A stretch of DNA of 64,000 nt from Octopus bimaculoides (GCF_001194135.2 NC_068981.1:43861791-43925790); one strand, 5' to 3'; numbered from the stretch's first letter, positions 1 to 12,900 are shown. Made by a program: numbers and translations. Notes: generated from the sequence alone by a model not told the origin.

Positions 1-146
1 TTTCACTTTACTTTTCCTTCTGCTGCTCCTCCTCACTTTTAGAAATACTGCCGTAAAGAATGATGATGATGATGTTGATGATGATAATGATGATGATGAT
101 GATTGTCATGTAGGTTTCCTTCATACTGTCATATTTAATTTTTAGC

Positions 147-369
147 ATGCATTCATTTTCAAATGTACACTTCTGGACATACATACATACATACATACAT
201 GCATATGTGTGTGTGTGTGTATATATATATACATATATTTATGTATGTATGCATCTATATATATACATATATATATATATTTATGTATGTATGCATATAT
301 ATATATATAAATATATATGTATGTATATATATATAGATATATGTATGCATATATATATATATATATATA
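147..369. repeat. (TA)n/(TACA)n compound microsatellite running into an assembly gap
   Basis: Directly visible low-complexity repeat, followed by an N-run and (AG)n at 849-880. Confidence 0.95.
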
Positions 370-848
370 NNNNNNNNNNNNNNNNNNNNNNNNNNNNNNN
401 NNNNNNNNNNNNNNNNNNNNNNNNNNNNNNNNNNNNNNNNNNNNNNNNNNNNNNNNNNNNNNNNNNNNNNNNNNNNNNNNNNNNNNNNNNNNNNNNNNNN
501 NNNNNNNNNNNNNNNNNNNNNNNNNNNNNNNNNNNNNNNNNNNNNNNNNNNNNNNNNNNNNNNNNNNNNNNNNNNNNNNNNNNNNNNNNNNNNNNNNNNN
601 NNNNNNNNNNNNNNNNNNNNNNNNNNNNNNNNNNNNNNNNNNNNNNNNNNNNNNNNNNNNNNNNNNNNNNNNNNNNNNNNNNNNNNNNNNNNNNNNNNNN
701 NNNNNNNNNNNNNNNNNNNNNNNNNNNNNNNNNNNNNNNNNNNNNNNNNNNNNNNNNNNNNNNNNNNNNNNNNNNNNNNNNNNNNNNNNNNNNNNNNNNN
801 NNNNNNNNNNNNNNNNNNNNNNNNNNNNNNNNNNNNNNNNNNNNNNNN

Positions 849-879
<31 letters not shown>

Positions 880-965
880 ACTTACAGGCATGGTTTGCTG
901 GTTTACAATATCTTTTGCAAATCCATAGTTTGAGTCTCAGTCACACTTGTAAAAATTGAGCATAC

Positions 966-1065
966 CTTTCATAGCTTTAATGTAGCCACTACTGGATAAA
1001 CAATTATCCAGTAATAGCAACACTGCCACTAATCCAATAAAAGTATGAATGAGACTCATGCGTTT
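966..1065 (-). CDS. Candidate first coding exon encoding a signal peptide (unknown secreted protein; gene would continue beyond the window start)
   Basis: Minus strand: tcatcag acceptor at 1067-1066, ATG at 1059, MSLIHTFIGLVAVLLLLDNCLSSSGYIKAMK, then a phase-1 G|GTATGC donor at 966/965. The hydrophobic core and CLS cleavage-like site fit a signal peptide. No homologue recognised. Confidence 0.3.
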
Positions 1066-1229
1066 CTGATGATTTGACAATACAATTTTATTATATAATT
1101 TACATTATTTAACTAATTACAATTCTTTGTTGATGAAACATCTGTAAGATGGTGTACCTAAATATTTTATGAACATTTTCTCCTGTTTTGTTTTGTTTTC
1201 TATATGTACACTGTGTAATATTCAACAAT

Positions 1230-1510
1230 AGATTCCAATCAAATAATACGGGGAACATAAGCCTCTCTCATGATTTTCCTTAAACATACAGGAATATACA
1301 TGGATAAGAATAAAAATGCTGTTCTTAAATACTGGTTATTTGCTCTAAAATTTTAAATTTAAATCAGTGTGTATGTAATAACTTTTACAGTGTATAGATT
1401 GACACTAACCTGGAAGTTCCAGCCTTCTCAAATTCATTGGCCTGTCTGATGAAGGCAAACAAGTTGAAACCTTGCAATCACTGTGGTAATAAATGTGTAC
1501 TCTACAAAAA
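1230..1510 (+). mobile_element. Degenerate Penelope-like element 3' end
   Basis: Residual reading MDKNKNAVLKYWLFALK loosely resembles the C-terminus after the PLE GIY-YIG domain; followed by CTGATGA (1446-1452)...GAAAC (1466-1470), a hammerhead-like core typical of PLE termini. Confidence 0.35.
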
Positions 1511-4039
1511 AATTATTGCTTAGTCCTTCAGTTTATATTACATTCTTTTAATAAATAACTTGGCATAAAAATTTTGTTTGAAACTTTGTTTAGAGTTCAT
1601 TTCTATTGTATAGACACCGTTGCCTGTTGTCCTTGTCTATAAAAATAAGTTGAAATTTAATTGATGGAAACTGTGAGAAACCTGTTGAGTTTATATATGT
1701 ATATGTATGTATGTGTATATATGAACACAAATATTCACACACAAACACAAACACGCACACATACACATGCATACATGCACACACATACACACATGCACAT
1801 GCACACACATACACACAATAGGCTTCTTACAGTTTCCATCAATTGAATTTCAACTTATGGAGGACATCAGCCAACAGTGTTCACACAGGTGAAATGAATT
1901 CTAAACAAAGTTCTAAACCAAATTCCTTAACCACATGGTCAAGCTTGCACATAACATAGCTGTGTCCGTATTAATATACATTCATATCAGCCTTGGGCAA
2001 GAATAAAAATAACCAAAAGTAAATACCCTGCAAAATTCAAATCTGACTTAGACATTTTCCTTAAAGTTAATATCCAGTTAATTTTATATCTTACAAGTAT
2101 AATGAAATAAATAGCAAAGTACCGAGAACACTATTACAGGCTGGAACCCTTTAAAAGAGAAATATAAAGTGCTTTGATCCTGGACATATACATAGTACCA
2201 ATATAAAACTGATCTGGGAAACTTTATATCTAAACTATAGGTAATGTGTCGCATGAGACCACTTTTGCATATACACAAAATATGATTGAAAATCTGAAAA
2301 GTTACAAACTTATTAGGAAAGCTGTTTTAAGAACAAACCGGTGGTAGTTAGATATTTTTGCAAATCTGAATGCCTGCATAGCTTTCATTATGAAATGTAA
2401 TATTATTATAATACATTATTCCTTCTGCTAAAAATTAATCATCAAGTAAGTCTGAAACCATTATTCATCTAAACATTTTGAGAGCTAAACATCTTGAGTA
2501 CTGTAATATATCTTTCTTTGAATTACAATGCAAATAGTATTTAAGAACTGTTAGAATTCATAGCTGTGTATTGTTGTAATACATTTCATTATTAATATTG
2601 TCACAAGGGTGATGCATTGGCCGAATCATTAGAACAATGGATAAAATGGCTTGTGGTATTTCTCATGAATCTTTATGCTTTTACTTCAAATCCCATCAAT
2701 ATCAATTTTGACATACTTTCTTCTGGTATTGATAAAATAAAGCACCAGAGGTTCAGCAAGGGAAGACAGTCACCCCTAGGCGCAAAATTTCTTGTGGCTA
2801 ATCATGCCATTAATTAAAATGAGGGTTCTAAAAGTGTCATTGTCTCTGGACACTGAGAAATGTTTCTATGCCAGTCTAAAGTATCTGTCAAGAACTAAAA
2901 GAATAACCATAGTTATTACTCATGGATACGACCTGGTAGCATGCAGCATGCTTTCACTAATGGCCTGTAGTTGCAAGCAGTCATAGACATACACTTGGCC
3001 TTTCTGCCAAGTCACCTGGTGGAACATCAAAAAGAAAAAGAGAGGACTACAGCTAGCACCAAGCTAGTACTCATTTTCACTTGATAAAACTGGAGCAGTG
3101 TGTTATGAAGTGCCTTGCTCAAGGGCATATGCCACTGAGTCCAAGAATTAACCATGCAAGCTAGAATTCATGAACCCAACTCTTTAAACAAATGTCAGGC
3201 AGTGATATGTAATAGGGTTGATATTATCTCAACTGAACGTCTAGCCCTCTACCTATATTTGAAAACATTATTAACACTATCACAATAAAGAAGACTAAGA
3301 TAAGTTTTTGAATTGTCCTTTGTCACATTGCTGAGAATAATTTTTTTCCTTTAAATGAAACTAATTTTTGATTAGAAAAAAATAAATAAGTAAATTTTTT
3401 ACTACCATAATATTACAAACAAAATTATCAAAGTTTAGAAATGTAAATACCTTCTTCCTGTAAGCAAATTTAAAAGCAAAAAAGAAATTACTGTTTCAAG
3501 ATATTAACTTTGTTCATCAATTTCAACAGATTCTACTAGCTATAGTTTACTTCTTTACTTTTACAAAACACCAATAAGTTTATCATCTCAGTTTGTATGA
3601 TTGAAAAATGTCTACAGCTGATAGATGCACGTCAAAAATAAATAAATAAAAAATACAAATAATAAAATAGAAAATTTTTTCAAAGTATTTTATTTTTAAG
3701 CTATATATATTAAATTTTAAAGAAAACCCCAAAAAGCATGCAAAAACTTTAATATTTCAACTTGTTCTTGCTTAAAAACAAAACAAAACAAAAAAAATTA
3801 ACTTGCTTTGAACAGTATTACAAGATTCTATTGCAGAAAATATATTCTTTAGTATAAAAGAGAACTCTTTAAACAAAGGCTGCAAACAGCAAATTTTATT
3901 ACAGATCTTTAATCTATTGTAGGTGGAAGAAGAAGGAGACAGGGTAAATTAGAAAGTTTTAGTGGAAAACCACAAAAGTAATTAATTTAACCTGAAGAAA
4001 CAGCTCGTGAGAAATAAGCCAGTTTGGAGAAAGTATGTG

Positions 4040-4075
<36 letters not shown>

Positions 4076-4871
4076 CGCCTACATACACATATATGTATAT
4101 GTGTGTGTGTGTGTATGTATGTATGCGTGTATGTATGTATATGCCCACATACATAGACACACATAGATATGTATATATATAAGTATACACTTAATCCTGT
4201 TCTCTCATATTGTATCTATAAGCAGACGTAGAAGGCTTAAACATTGTAAGGAAATAGTTTATTGGAAAAGGTGTAGGAGCCTGAACACATGGTTTGTAAG
4301 TAATGAATTTGTGTATCAATTTCGACGACTTTCTTCACTTCTTTTTATATTAATTGTTTGTAAAACGTTTGTGAATGTTTACCTGGTTGATGTGTATAGA
4401 CAACAAAACAATAATAGCTTATATTGATTTTTTTTTTCATCTTATATGTTTATTGGTACAATGAAATTTTCAACTACAAAGAAACAGGCATTGAAAGCAA
4501 CCCCAATACATTTTATCGACTCTGGGTTAAAAGCTTGCATCAGCTTAGTATTCAGAATGTTTATATAGGGAACTAAATATGGAAATGTTTGGTCAAGACC
4601 TTTGCTATTTCTGTCACTCTACTGTATTAATTATGATTATGTAATGTAGATTTTTTTATTTGCTTATTTTTTTAAAAAACACACTGTGCCATTGTAACAA
4701 GCATAATAGCATATTCTCAATACATCATTGATCTCTTATGTTCAATAGTCAAAATTTTTACTATCACTTGGTTGAACAAGCAAGGGAGCTTCTATGTGAT
4801 TGACTTAGCCTGCTACAAATAGCAGCTTAATATCTCTCAAATTACACCCCACCATTGTAAAGGAAGGACAT

Positions 4872-5089
4872 ATTCTTTTCTACTCTAAGCATGAGGCCTG
4901 AAATTTTTGGGGAGGGGGTCAGTCGATTAGATCGACCCCAGTACGCAACTGGGACTTAATTTATCAACCCCAAGCGGATGAAAGGCAATGTCGACCTTGG
5001 TGGAATTTGAACTCAGGATGTAAAGGCAGATGAAATACCACTAAGCATTTCGCCAGGCCTGCTAACATTTCTGCCAACTCACCGCCTTA
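4872..5089 (-). mobile_element. tRNA-derived SINE with Nin/Deu-like central domain
   Basis: Minus strand begins TAAGGCGGTGAGTTGGCAGAAATGTTAGC and contains GGTCGACATTGCCTTTCATCCGCTTGGGGTTGATAAATTAAGT, matching the GTCGACTTTGCCTTTCATCC...GATAAATTAAGTACC block shared by four other copies in the window. Confidence 0.8.
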
Positions 5090-5399
5090 AAGGAAAGGTA
5101 TATTGAATAATGTATATTGACAGATGGTATCTGCAAAAGAAAAAAAATAAAATTGAAAACTGTGATGGTTTCAGCTGAAACTAGTCTACTTGTTCAAGTT
5201 TGATTTGGTCTAAACACCTCTGAAAAACAATTATACTTGGACTCTGGAAAATTGAACTCCTTCTTAATACAAGTACTGTGGCAACCCAGCCACCCTATTG
5301 TTACATTTTAGTAGAAAGCTAATACTAAAGATTTGTTTCTTTACGTATTATGTATGAATTTTATGTGGTTGTGATTATCATTGTAAAAGACAAATTTCA

Positions 5400-5810
5400 T
5401 GTGAAATAGGAAATATGGAGCCTTGTGCTGTAACACTTATTAGATTTGCAAGAACATTGTCGTTGAATTATTCTAAATTTTGCATACTTAACAAATTTTT
5501 TGAGCTCCAGTTTAGTAATGTTGTGATGATCATCTGCTGTGTTTGCTCTAAAAAATACCATTGTTTTCTTATTGACAGCCATAATATGAGATGTTCTGTA
5601 ATAACTGAATATGCTTTGCTTGATCACTTTCCATGATGTTTGTTATTACCTGTAGGTACCATAAAATTCACATGTGTTGACATAGAGTCCAATAAACATT
5701 AGAGGACACTTCTTTTTTTTTTCATTGTACCATTGAAGATAGGAATCCACTTGGAATATTCCTCTTCTGATGGGGATGGATTTTATTTCTCATAATTCCC
5801 ACATATGTTT
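5400..5810 (-). mobile_element. R4/Dong-clade non-LTR retrotransposon RT fragment (pseudogenised)
   Basis: Minus strand ATCCCCATCAGAAGAGGAATATTCCAAGTGGATTCC = IPIRRGIFQ(V)DS, the RGIFQGD RT motif of R4/Dong/NeSL-type elements, followed by a degenerate SH..(DD)K..ADD segment. Confidence 0.6.
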
Positions 5811-6819
5811 GTATATTCAGAAGTATTCTTCATTTATTCATATGATGTGTTTGATGCAGCTGCTTGTTATTATTACTCATTATTAATGTTTCCAGAATGC
5901 ATAAGTGAGGAACACTGTCAAAAGGCTTTTGATAATACTGTGTTCAGACGATTTTTTTTCACTTCCAAGTCTTTGCACCCCTAACTTTGTCATCATCCTG
6001 ATAACTTTATATTTTTTTATTTCCCTTTATTTCCTTTTACTGGTTTCAGATATTAGACTGCAGCTATGTTATAGCACCACAGTTAAGAGTTGTTACATAT
6101 ACACTACAGACTTTAGCATAATTTCCTTCTAGTTAATTTTACCAGTCCAATAATAGTCCACCCAAAATTATGTGGTACTGGGCCGTGGAATAGAAACTAA
6201 AACCACATGAGTACAAAAAGCAAAATTCTAAAACAAATAATAATTGTATTCAGTACCACAAATATTATCATTATTATTTATTTCTTTTATCATCAGTTAT
6301 TTTGGGAATAAATTTCAAGTCACATATACTTATGAATGAAATGTATAAAAGTGATAAATTTTGAAAATGAAGAACTTTCTTTTACTAAAATTATGTTCCT
6401 TGCTGTAGCATGTGAATAAGTTGCTTTGGGTGGTTACACTCAGTAAAATTTAAGCACTGTAGACTAACATATATCAATATAGTTGAGCTTATACAGTGTA
6501 CTAATCAAGATTGATGACTTGGCCACTTCTGCTTCAATTCCCCAAAAAGAATTTCAAGACAACAGGAAAACAATAACAAAAAGATAAAAATGCTTAATTC
6601 ATGAGAATAGAAAAAAACAACAAACCAAAGCTATTTTGTCTTTACAGTAAAATGAAATGTATTTTTATTTATATATGCAGCTATATGCATCTTATTTATT
6701 TTGTGTAAGCCATTTTATGTAAGCTATGTATTTTTATTAATGTTCACTAATGTATTTGAGGTTGCATGGTTTAAAAAAATGTTATAAGTTTAGGGAAATG
6801 TTTCTTCTCTTGGCGACAA

Positions 6820-7200
6820 ACAGTTTCTGTTGTTGTGTAAAGACCAAACTATAAGAATTAAGCATTTGAAGCACAACTGTATGAATATAGTGTGACATGG
6901 GTATTGAGAGCAGAAGATCTGCGGTGTGGAGATAGAAATTAATTGCATATGGACAAAAGATATAGAACACTAATTTCTATAGACATACAAGATCAACATT
7001 AGCTTTTCTATGCTTCAATGGAATTGCTAGTACAATCATATACTGTGTATGGAGGATGCTACAGAAATACCACTCAAACATAGTTGAAGGAACCTACAGA
7101 AGGGGAAGGAAGACAAGGTAAAAAAAGGGTAAGACCGATCACAAGAGAGTCTTATAAAGGAGATGTCAAATGAATGCAACCATGTCCATGATCTACTCTT
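6820..7200 (+). mobile_element. Highly degenerate RTE-type LINE 3' fragment
   Basis: Residual TWVLRAEDLR and GEGRQGKKRVR..KGDVK readings resemble the RTE C-terminus; many indels. Confidence 0.35.
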
Positions 7201-7259
7201 GTAAAAGTCCTATCCAAGCCTTGCAAGCATAGAAAAATAGATGTATATATGTATGTGTA

Positions 7260-7323
<64 letters not shown>

Positions 7324-7898
7324 AGTGCTTATGCATATATGTATGTCTATACGATTATGTATGGATGAATATGTGAATGAATGTATACATATCATCATAA
7401 ATATTTTATATCCATGTTCCCATGCTTGTAAGGTTTTGCTGGATTTTCTAAAGCAGAAGGTCTCTCAATGCAATCCTTTGTCACCTCCTTTATCAGGTTT
7501 CCTTAAGATCAATCTTTATCAATGCTTCCCATATTTTTCTCAGTCTTCCTCTTTCGTCAAGAATAAAACTGAAAAGACTTGTTCAAACGTATACTCAATG
7601 CACATGTTAGGTTAAAGCTGTTATGTTTAATTAGCATCAAAAGTTTCTACTGGGCTCAATAACGACCGGACTCAAATCTTCAAGGACTTATTATGTGTGT
7701 ATATTTCCATATGTTCAGAATACATTGGTTACTTGGATGTGTCTTTGCATATTATAGTTAGTATGCTTGTATGTACATGTTTATATGCTTGTGTATGTGC
7801 GTATTTGTGTATGTGCGTGTTTGTGTATGTGTGTTTGTGTGTGATTAGTGTTGTTTTATGTTGTTAATTTGTATCAGTTTGCTGGAGTTTACTAGGAG

Positions 7899-7936
<38 letters not shown>

Positions 7937-7969
7937 ACACATGTACACATGCATGTATATATAGCTGTG

Positions 7970-8037
<68 letters not shown>

Positions 8038-8056
8038 CAATACATATGCACGGGTA

Positions 8057-8395
8057 TGGCAGTGGTGCTAGAAAGCTTGCTTTGCAAACAAGTAGTTTTT
8101 GGTTCAATCTCAGTGCACATCACCACATGCATGCATTATCTATTATGTCTCTGGGCTAGTCGGGGCCTTGTGAGAAAATATAGAAGATGGAAACTGTGTG
8201 GAATCCAATTGAGTGTATGTCTTTGTGTTTGTTTCCAGCCACTGCTTCAGCTGTTGGTTTGTATGTGTTCCTGTAAATTAGCAGTCCAACAAAACTTAGT
8301 ACTAGGGCAGATTTGTTTGAATAAACCCTTGAAGCTTGTGCCCCAGTATGGCCACCGTTCAATGACTGAAACAAGGAAACATTAAAAGAAAGATA
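8057..8395 (+). mobile_element. Degenerate CORE-type tRNA-SINE
   Basis: Same blocks as the other copies (GCCTTGTGAG..GGAAACTG; CCAGTATGGCCAC..AATGACTGAAAC; AAAAGA tail), more diverged. Confidence 0.55.
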
Positions 8396-9204
8396 TATCA
8401 TCACCACTACCACCATTACTGTTCTTACCTTCACATTTTCATGCTTGCAACAGCCAAATGGAATTCCTTGAGGTAGATTTTCTCTGGCTAGAAGCTTTTC
8501 CAGCCCTTACTCATTTCCAAGTCACTTTACTGACATCCAACCCTCGTTCTTTTTATCTTCTCACAACTTATATTTACCATCAATCACATCCTACTCCTTC
8601 CACCATTCACTACATTCATCTGTAACCCCAGTTCTTACCATCTCTCACTTTTCTCCAATACTCTTACAATCATTATCCATCCACCCTTCTTGATGTTCTA
8701 TCCCTGCACTTTCCTCTATTCACCCTTGTATGGAAACCTTGCCAAAGCAGATGTTGAAGCATCTGGCTTATTGGATCATAACGTACCACCCAATCAATAC
8801 CAGCAAAGAAGATAGACATTGGATGATGATGAATATGTACTTGTATGTGTCTGTGTTTATAGGTAAACTAGCTGGCCCTGTGCTGTCAAAATTGATGGCT
8901 AATTGTTGTATTTTATATATAAATATGGATGGTAAATCAAATTAATACACTTGTCAATGTTCACATATATTTACATACTTCCCTTGTACACGCACACAAA
9001 TGTACACATATACTCACACAGAGTTGAAACACCGTTTGATTTTTCTTTTCAGAGTTGAATGTTAACTATCCCACCAGTTTGCCATCACCCCTTCCTTTTT
9101 TATTCATCTATTGCCCTTTCCTTTCTCATTCATATGTTGTGACGGAGAAAAACACAAAAGTATCATTACAGTAGATTGTAGGGAAATGTATATTCTTTTA
9201 TTCT

Positions 9205-9419
9205 TTTACCTCTTTTACATTTTTCAGTCATTTGACTGCGGCCATGCTGGAGCACCACCTTCAGTCGAATCAAATCAACCCCAGGACTTATTCTTTGTAA
9301 GCCTAGTACTTATTCTATCAGTCACTTTTTGCCGAATTGCTAAGTTACGGGGACATAAACACACTAGCACCAGTTGTCAAGCGATGTTAGGGGGGGGCAA
9401 ACACAGATACACAACATAT

Positions 9420-9504
<85 letters not shown>

Positions 9505-9635
9505 GCTTCTTTCAGTTTCCGTCACTCACAAAACTTTGGTCGGCCTGAAGCTATAGTAGAAGACACTTGCCCAAGGTGCCACACAGTGGGGCTGAACCCG
9601 GAAGCAAGCTACTTACCACACAGCCACTCCTGCAC
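9205..9635 (-). mobile_element. CORE-type tRNA-SINE (OR1/OR2-like octopus family) with internal (TA)n
   Basis: Minus strand: GCAGGAGTGGCTGTGTGGTAAG head, GGTTCAGCCCC B-box-like, GGCACCTTGGGCAAGTGTCTT (CORE-like block), central microsatellite, 3' block GCTCCAGCATGGCCGCAGTCAAATGACTGAAA. Confidence 0.8.
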
Positions 9636-11002
9636 CTATGTAAACATGTATATGTAAATATTTAATTAACAAATATTTAACCTCACAGTGCAAATGGAAC
9701 CCCTTGCTTAAATCATTCAGAGCCTAGTTTGAAGAATGAACTGAAAAAAACCTGACTTGCTTTACCTGTCATTTACGAGCTTGTCAGGAATGTTTACATC
9801 TGAGAGAGAGTGAGAGAGAGAGAGAGAGAGAGGTGAGAGTTGTGAGTGGCTTACAGCTAATTACAAAAAACGTAATGAACAATAGGCACTGCTTGAGCTG
9901 CTTTGCACATCTGTACATTCTGTGGCAATATATAATGGTTAACTTAGGATCTTGGACAAGTAAGTTTCTGTTAATGGTAAGTGCCATGGTGTTATTGCAA
10001 TAAAAAGTTATTAAATGAGAAATATGAATGGGATATTCAGAGCCCACTTTCTGCTAATGAACAGAGTTACCAGATGTTAACAGAAACTTTGTTAATGAAG
10101 CAATCAAGTATATGAAAATAAAGAAAGGCATGCATTAATTAGAGAGAAGTAATGTGGAGATGTGACACCAGTTTCTATGCTGGTTTGTGAGAAAGAAGCC
10201 GAATATGATGCAGTTTCAATTTTTATTAGAATGTAGTATAACATCCACTATAATTCTTGTAAGTTATTGGCAACAAAAGTTCTCAACTAAAAGCAAATAT
10301 CTCTATAATAAATTTGTTGATCTAGAGAATGCATGAGAGGGTATCTTATACCCTATAGATTGGTGGGTAAGGTGAAATGTTGGGGGAGATAAAGAGGTTT
10401 GTTTGTTGTTAATGTAAATGAAGACTGGCAATTAGTTCTATTAAGAATTTAGTGAGAAATTGCCCACTTGTGTTTTGTTCTTTATCCCTTCTGTCTATTG
10501 TAGTTTTGAGATAGCAACATAAAAAATTGAAGTGTGAATATTCTTCTAATAATCATATGCAAATTTCATGATCGTTTTTCTTTTAGAATTTGTGGAAAAT
10601 GGCTGTAAAGATTTTGCAAAGCTTGAAGGGTCGTATAATTAAAAGATGTATACATTAATATGAAAATGATCAAAATATTATCATAGCTAGTAAAATACAA
10701 TACAATAGCTACATAATATTTGCACAGCAGTCTTGTTCTATATGTAAGAAATGAGTTGCTAGGAACTTAAAATTTTGTTCTTGGTATATGGAATAGATAC
10801 AGAAATGGTGCAGTGAGATTCTAGTAGACTGACATGAAACTAATCTTAAGTATACTAGATGTACTGGTATAAATAAATGTGTGTATTTGTAATATATAAG
10901 ATCCATGATTTGCTGAGATGAACGAGGAAGAGTAGTAGATAAAACTGTATGGGACCTAATTAATGATAGAAGTAGTTGTATGTTAGCACTCTTTTATGTG
11001 TC

Positions 11003-11442
11003 TTAGTCATTTGACTGCAGCCATGCTGGAGTACCACCTTTAGTTGAACAAACTAAATTCTTTGTAAGCCTAGTACTTATTCTTTGGACTAATTCTAGGA
11101 CTATTCCTAGGACTAATTCTTTGTAAGCCCAGTACTTATTCCATCTTTGGACTAATTCTTTGGACTATTCCTAGGACTAATTCTTTGTAAGCCTAGTACT
11201 TATTCTATCGGTATCTTTTGCTGAATTGCTAAGTTACAGCGATGTAAACACATTAACATTGGTTGTCAAGTAATGGTCAGGGGACAAAAACAGACACAAT
11301 TCTATCAACTAAATCCACTTACAAAGCTTTGGTTGGCCCAAGGCTAAAGCAGGAGACAATTGTCCTAGGTGCCACACAGTGGGACTGAACCTGGAACCAT
11401 GTGGTTAGGAAGCAAGTTACTTATTACACAGCCACTCCTTTG
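11003..11442 (-). mobile_element. CORE-type tRNA-SINE with internal ~58-bp triplication
   Basis: Same family as 9205-9635; CTAATTCTTTGTAAGCC(T/C)AGTACTTATT occurs three times between ~11054 and ~11205. Confidence 0.8.
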
Positions 11443-12514
11443 CCTTGTATAATATATATATATATATATATATANNNNNNNNNNNNNNNNNNNNNNNNNN
11501 NNNNNNNNNNNNNNNNNNNNNNNNNNNNNNNNNNNNNNNNNNNNNNNNNNNNNNNNNNNNNNNNNNNNNNNNNNNNNNNNNNNNNNNNNNNNNNNNNNNN
11601 NNNNNNNNNNNNNNNNNNNNNNNNNNNNNNNNNNNNNNNNNNNNNNNNNNNNNNNNNNNNNNNNNNNNNNNNNNNNNNNNNNNNNNNNNNNNNNNNNNNN
11701 NNNNNNNNNNNNNNNNNNNNNNNNNNNNNNNNNNNNNNNNNNNNNNNNNNNNNNNNNNNNNNNNNNNNNNNNNNNNNNNNNNNNNNNNNNNNNNNNNNNN
11801 NNNNNNNNNNNNNNNNNNNNNNNNNNNNNNNNNNNNNNNNNNNNNNNNNNNNNNNNNNNNNNNNNNNNNNNNNNNNNNNNNNNNNNNNNNNNNNNNNNNN
11901 NNNNNNNNNNNNNNNNNNNNNNNNNNNNNNNNNNNNNNNNNNNNNNNNNNNNNNNNNNNNNNNNNNNNNNNNNNNNNNNNNNNNNNNNNNNNNNNNNNNN
12001 NNNNNNNNNNNNNNNNNNNNNNNNNNNNNNNNNNNNNNNNNNNNNNNNNNNNNNNNNNNNNNNNNNNNNNNNNNNNNNNNNNNNNNNNNNNNNNNNNNNN
12101 NNNNNNNNNNNNNNNNNNNNNNNNNNNNNNNNNNNNNNNNNNNNNNNNNNNNNNNNNNNNNNNNNNNNNNNNNNNNNNNNNNNNNNNNNNNNNNNNNNNN
12201 NNNNNNNNNNNNNNNNNNNNNNNNNNNNNNNNNNNNNNNNNNNNNNNNNNNNNNNNNNNNNNNNNNNNNNNNNNNNNNNNNNNNNNNNNNNNNNNNNNNN
12301 NNNNNNNNNNNNNNNNNNNNNNNNNNNNNNNNNNNNNNNNNNNNNNNNNNNNTCATTGGACAACGGTTATGCTGGAGCATTGCTTTCAAGAGCTTAGTCA
12401 AAGAAAACACTCCAACTGTTTATTTTTATGTCTTGTACTAAAGTAATTATTATATCAGTATTTTCAGCTGAACTGTTAAGTTATAGGTAAACAACATGTA
12501 AACAAATAAACAGC

Positions 12515-12865
12515 AAGTGTGAGTGTGTATGGTATGTGTGTGTGTGCTTGTGTGTGTGAGTGTTTGTGTGTGTGTGTGTGTGTGTGGATGTGTGTGTGTG
12601 TTTGAGTGTGTGTGTGTGGTATGTGCGTGTGTGCATGTATGTGTGTGTGCGCATGTGTGTGTCTTTGAGTGTGTGTGTGGTACATGTGTGTGGTACATGT
12701 GTGTGTGCATGTGTGTGTGTGTGTGTGTGTTTGTGATTATGTTTTTGCATGTGTGTGTTTGTCATCACGTGTGTGTGTGTGTGTGTGGTATGTGCATGTG
12801 TGTGTGAAAGCGAGTGTCTATGTTTGTGTGTGGCATGTGTGTATGTGCGTGTGAGTGTGTGTGTG

Positions 12866-12900
<35 letters not shown>

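Noticed and set aside
142-959. Long ORFs of 200-350 aa here and at 11365-12446, 27331-27688, 54325-54773, 55669-56061 and 62660-63613
   Set aside because: They are open only because they span N-runs (X residues) and microsatellites.
886-1059. Selenoprotein (C-D-TGA) or protein-kinase fragment (LLLDN..GYIK..YGFAK)
   Set aside because: Does not match the Sec context of SELENOF/M/T/P or GPx; the kinase-like words are not at subdomain VIb-VII spacing and lack HRD/DFG.
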